Source: a virus
Taxonomy: Duplodnaviria > Caudoviricetes
DNA: 53,985 nucleotides
IMG/VR virus record: IMGVR_UViG_3300045996_001810
Location: 1-53,985 of that record
Direction: 5' to 3' (one strand)
Positions 52,553-53,985 of this stretch are shown one piece after another (the stretch's first letter is position 1; each line of letters opens with the position of its first letter). The notes beneath the pieces are model-generated. The model was not told the DNA's origin. It saw only the letters and a list, made by a program, of their open reading frames with translations, and did no database searches. Position numbers and translations under genes: made by a program.

Positions 52553-52600
52553 AGAGCTCTTCTGTCAACTTGACGCCGTGAACCCCTGTACGCTCCCGTC

Positions 52601-52831
52601 ATGGCCCAGACTCCCCAGCCGCCGCCCTCCCCAGCCCGGCCCGGCTCCCTGGCCGGGCTCGCCGAGATCGCCGAGCTCGCCGGCGTCAGCCGGCAGCGCG
52701 CGCTGCAGCTCGCGAACCACCCGCGCTTCCCCCGCCCCCGCGACCAGTTGCGCTCCGGGCGCGTGTGGGATCGCGACAAGGTCCAGGCGTACCTCGAGCG
52801 CACGCGCGGGCCCGGTGCCGATCAGGCCTGA
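52601..52831 (+). CDS. AlpA/excisionase-like HTH regulator, leaderless
   Basis: LAGLAEIAELAGVSRQRALQL...FPRP...GRVW; TACGCT 6 nt before ATG. Confidence 0.8.
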   Translation: MAQTPQPPPSPARPGSLAGLAEIAELAGVSRQRALQLANHPRFPRPRDQLRSGRVWDRDKVQAYLERTRGPGADQA

Positions 52832-53219
52832 GAACCGGGCCCTGTACGGGCCCGAGTGGGACCGGCTCGCCGCGCGGTTGAAGGCCGAGCGGGCCGGTCA
52901 GCGCTGCGAGTGCCGGGGGGAGTGCGGGCGGCCGGCGGACGGCGGCACGGTCGGGCACCTGGTCGAGGACGGGCGCTGCGGGAAGCGCGCCGGCCAGCTG
53001 TACGTGAGCACGTCGGGGCGGCACGTCACGGTCGTGTTGACGGTCGCGCACCTCGACCACGATCCGGAGGTGTGGCCGCCCGACGAGGCCAGGTTGCGGG
53101 TGATGTGCCAGGGCTGCCATCTGCACTATGACCGGGAGCATCATCGGCATTCGCGGGCGGTGGCGACGGCGTGCGCGATGGAGGCGGCGGGGCAGACCCG
53201 CCTCCCCCTCACCCCTTGA
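52815..53219 (+). CDS. HNH endonuclease-like protein
   Basis: RCECRGECG...VLTVAHLDHDP...MCQGCHL.YD. Confidence 0.8.
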   Translation: MPIRPENRALYGPEWDRLAARLKAERAGQRCECRGECGRPADGGTVGHLVEDGRCGKRAGQLYVSTSGRHVTVVLTVAHLDHDPEVWPPDEARLRVMCQGCHLHYDREHHRHSRAVATACAMEAAGQTRLPLTP

Positions 53220-53244
53220 CATCGTCAAGAGGCTGCGTTACGGT
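53216..53244 (+). promoter_or_regulatory. Promoter TTGACA-17-TACGGT with perfect TTGAC-N3-GTCAA palindrome
   Basis: -35 at 53216, -10 at 53239, ATG at 53252. Confidence 0.82.
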
Positions 53245-53251
53245 TCCGCCT

Positions 53252-53467
53252 ATGACCCACCGCCCCAGCATCCTCAAGGCCGTCAGCAACGGCCGGCCGC
53301 TCGCCCTCCCCGCGGGCCCGGACGGCGCCGCGGTCCGCCTCACCGCCGTCAGCCGCCCGTCCAGCGCGGCGCCCGGCCGTCGCAAGGTCGCGCTCGCCGC
53401 GCCGGTCCGGATCGACGGGAAGCTCGCGGGCGCGGTCTTCTCCGAGTTCCGCGTGGAGCTCAACTGA
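53252..53467 (+). CDS. Hypothetical protein, leaderless
   Basis: 71 aa after consensus promoter. Confidence 0.65.
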   Translation: MTHRPSILKAVSNGRPLALPAGPDGAAVRLTAVSRPSSAAPGRRKVALAAPVRIDGKLAGAVFSEFRVELN

Positions 53468-53742
53468 TGGCCACGATCGCCCCGCACGGCCACGGCGCCG
53501 TCATCGACTGGCTCGAGCAGCTGGAGCCCGCGGAGCGGTTCGAGTTCGGCCCCCGCTACCCGCGGCTCTCCCGCGCCCAGGTCGAGGAGCTCGCGCTCAT
53601 CGTGCGCGCGCACGGCGGCCCGGAGCTGCTCTCCACGCTGGAGGCGCTCGCCGACGCCCTGCAGGCCCGGCAGGCGCCCGTGTCCTGGCCGTGGAAGCTG
53701 CGGCAGGCCCGTATCTACCACCCCGACCTCCTGGAGGACTGA
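53467..53742 (+). CDS. Hypothetical protein
   Basis: 91 aa; TGATG coupling. Confidence 0.6.
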   Translation: MATIAPHGHGAVIDWLEQLEPAERFEFGPRYPRLSRAQVEELALIVRAHGGPELLSTLEALADALQARQAPVSWPWKLRQARIYHPDLLED

Positions 53743-53745
53743 CCC

Positions 53746-53925
53746 ATGCCCGAGACCGTGACGAAGGCGCAGAAGGCGCTCCGGGACGCCCGGGTGGCGC
53801 TGCAGGTCGCCGAGGCCGCCCTGGAGGCTGGCCGGCGCGCGGAGGCGCACGCGCACGCGCTGCAGGCCGTGAACCTCTCCGCGGCCGCCGCGGTCGAGGT
53901 CGCGCTCGACGGACTCGAGGGCTGA
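53746..53925 (+). CDS. Small Ala-rich helical protein
   Basis: 59 aa; GGAGG RBS; runs into the terminal repeat. Confidence 0.6.
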   Translation: MPETVTKAQKALRDARVALQVAEAALEAGRRAEAHAHALQAVNLSAAAAVEVALDGLEG

Positions 53926-53985
53926 GCCGTGTGGGTGATGACCACGCGCGGCTTCTACAGCGCCGTCCAGCACCGCGACCTCGAG

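Noticed and set aside
53855-53985. Terminal repeat as physical phage end or att site
   Set aside because: 126 bp is typical of an assembler k-mer overlap and it cuts through coding sequence; the real termini are unknown

Overview
Apparently complete, circular ~53.9-kb genome of a tailed (siphovirus-type) phage with very high GC (roughly 75% by eye). Bases 1-126 are repeated at 53855-53980. Leaderless promoters and the gene families point to an actinobacterial host (inference). Most genes run on the minus strand: Mu-like protease/scaffold, decoration and capsid proteins, a sigma factor, a phosphoesterase, carbohydrate-active and tail-appendage genes, glycosyltransferases, neck/tail, lysis, recombination/replication, DNA methyltransferases, terminase, and a 1706-aa portal-MuF-kinase-ADP-ribosyltransferase fusion. 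A ~5.5-kb plus-strand cassette lies between portal and protease across the circular junction. I recognised no integrase, DNA polymerase or CRISPR array. Main unexplained signals: (1) 18 co-oriented copies of GATAGTCGC, 16 of them 3-6 nt before start codons of late genes, which looks like a phage-specific, -35-less leaderless promoter; (2) a split sigma factor (region-2 ORF plus separate region-4-like ORF) besides a full-length sigma; (3) an intergenic RNA made of a degenerate initiator-tRNA mimic followed by a circularly permuted, YrlA-topology tRNA elbow; (4) a ~490-nt highly structured non-coding region after terminase; (5) the toxin-bearing portal polyprotein. All calls come from motif recognition by eye; no database search was run.
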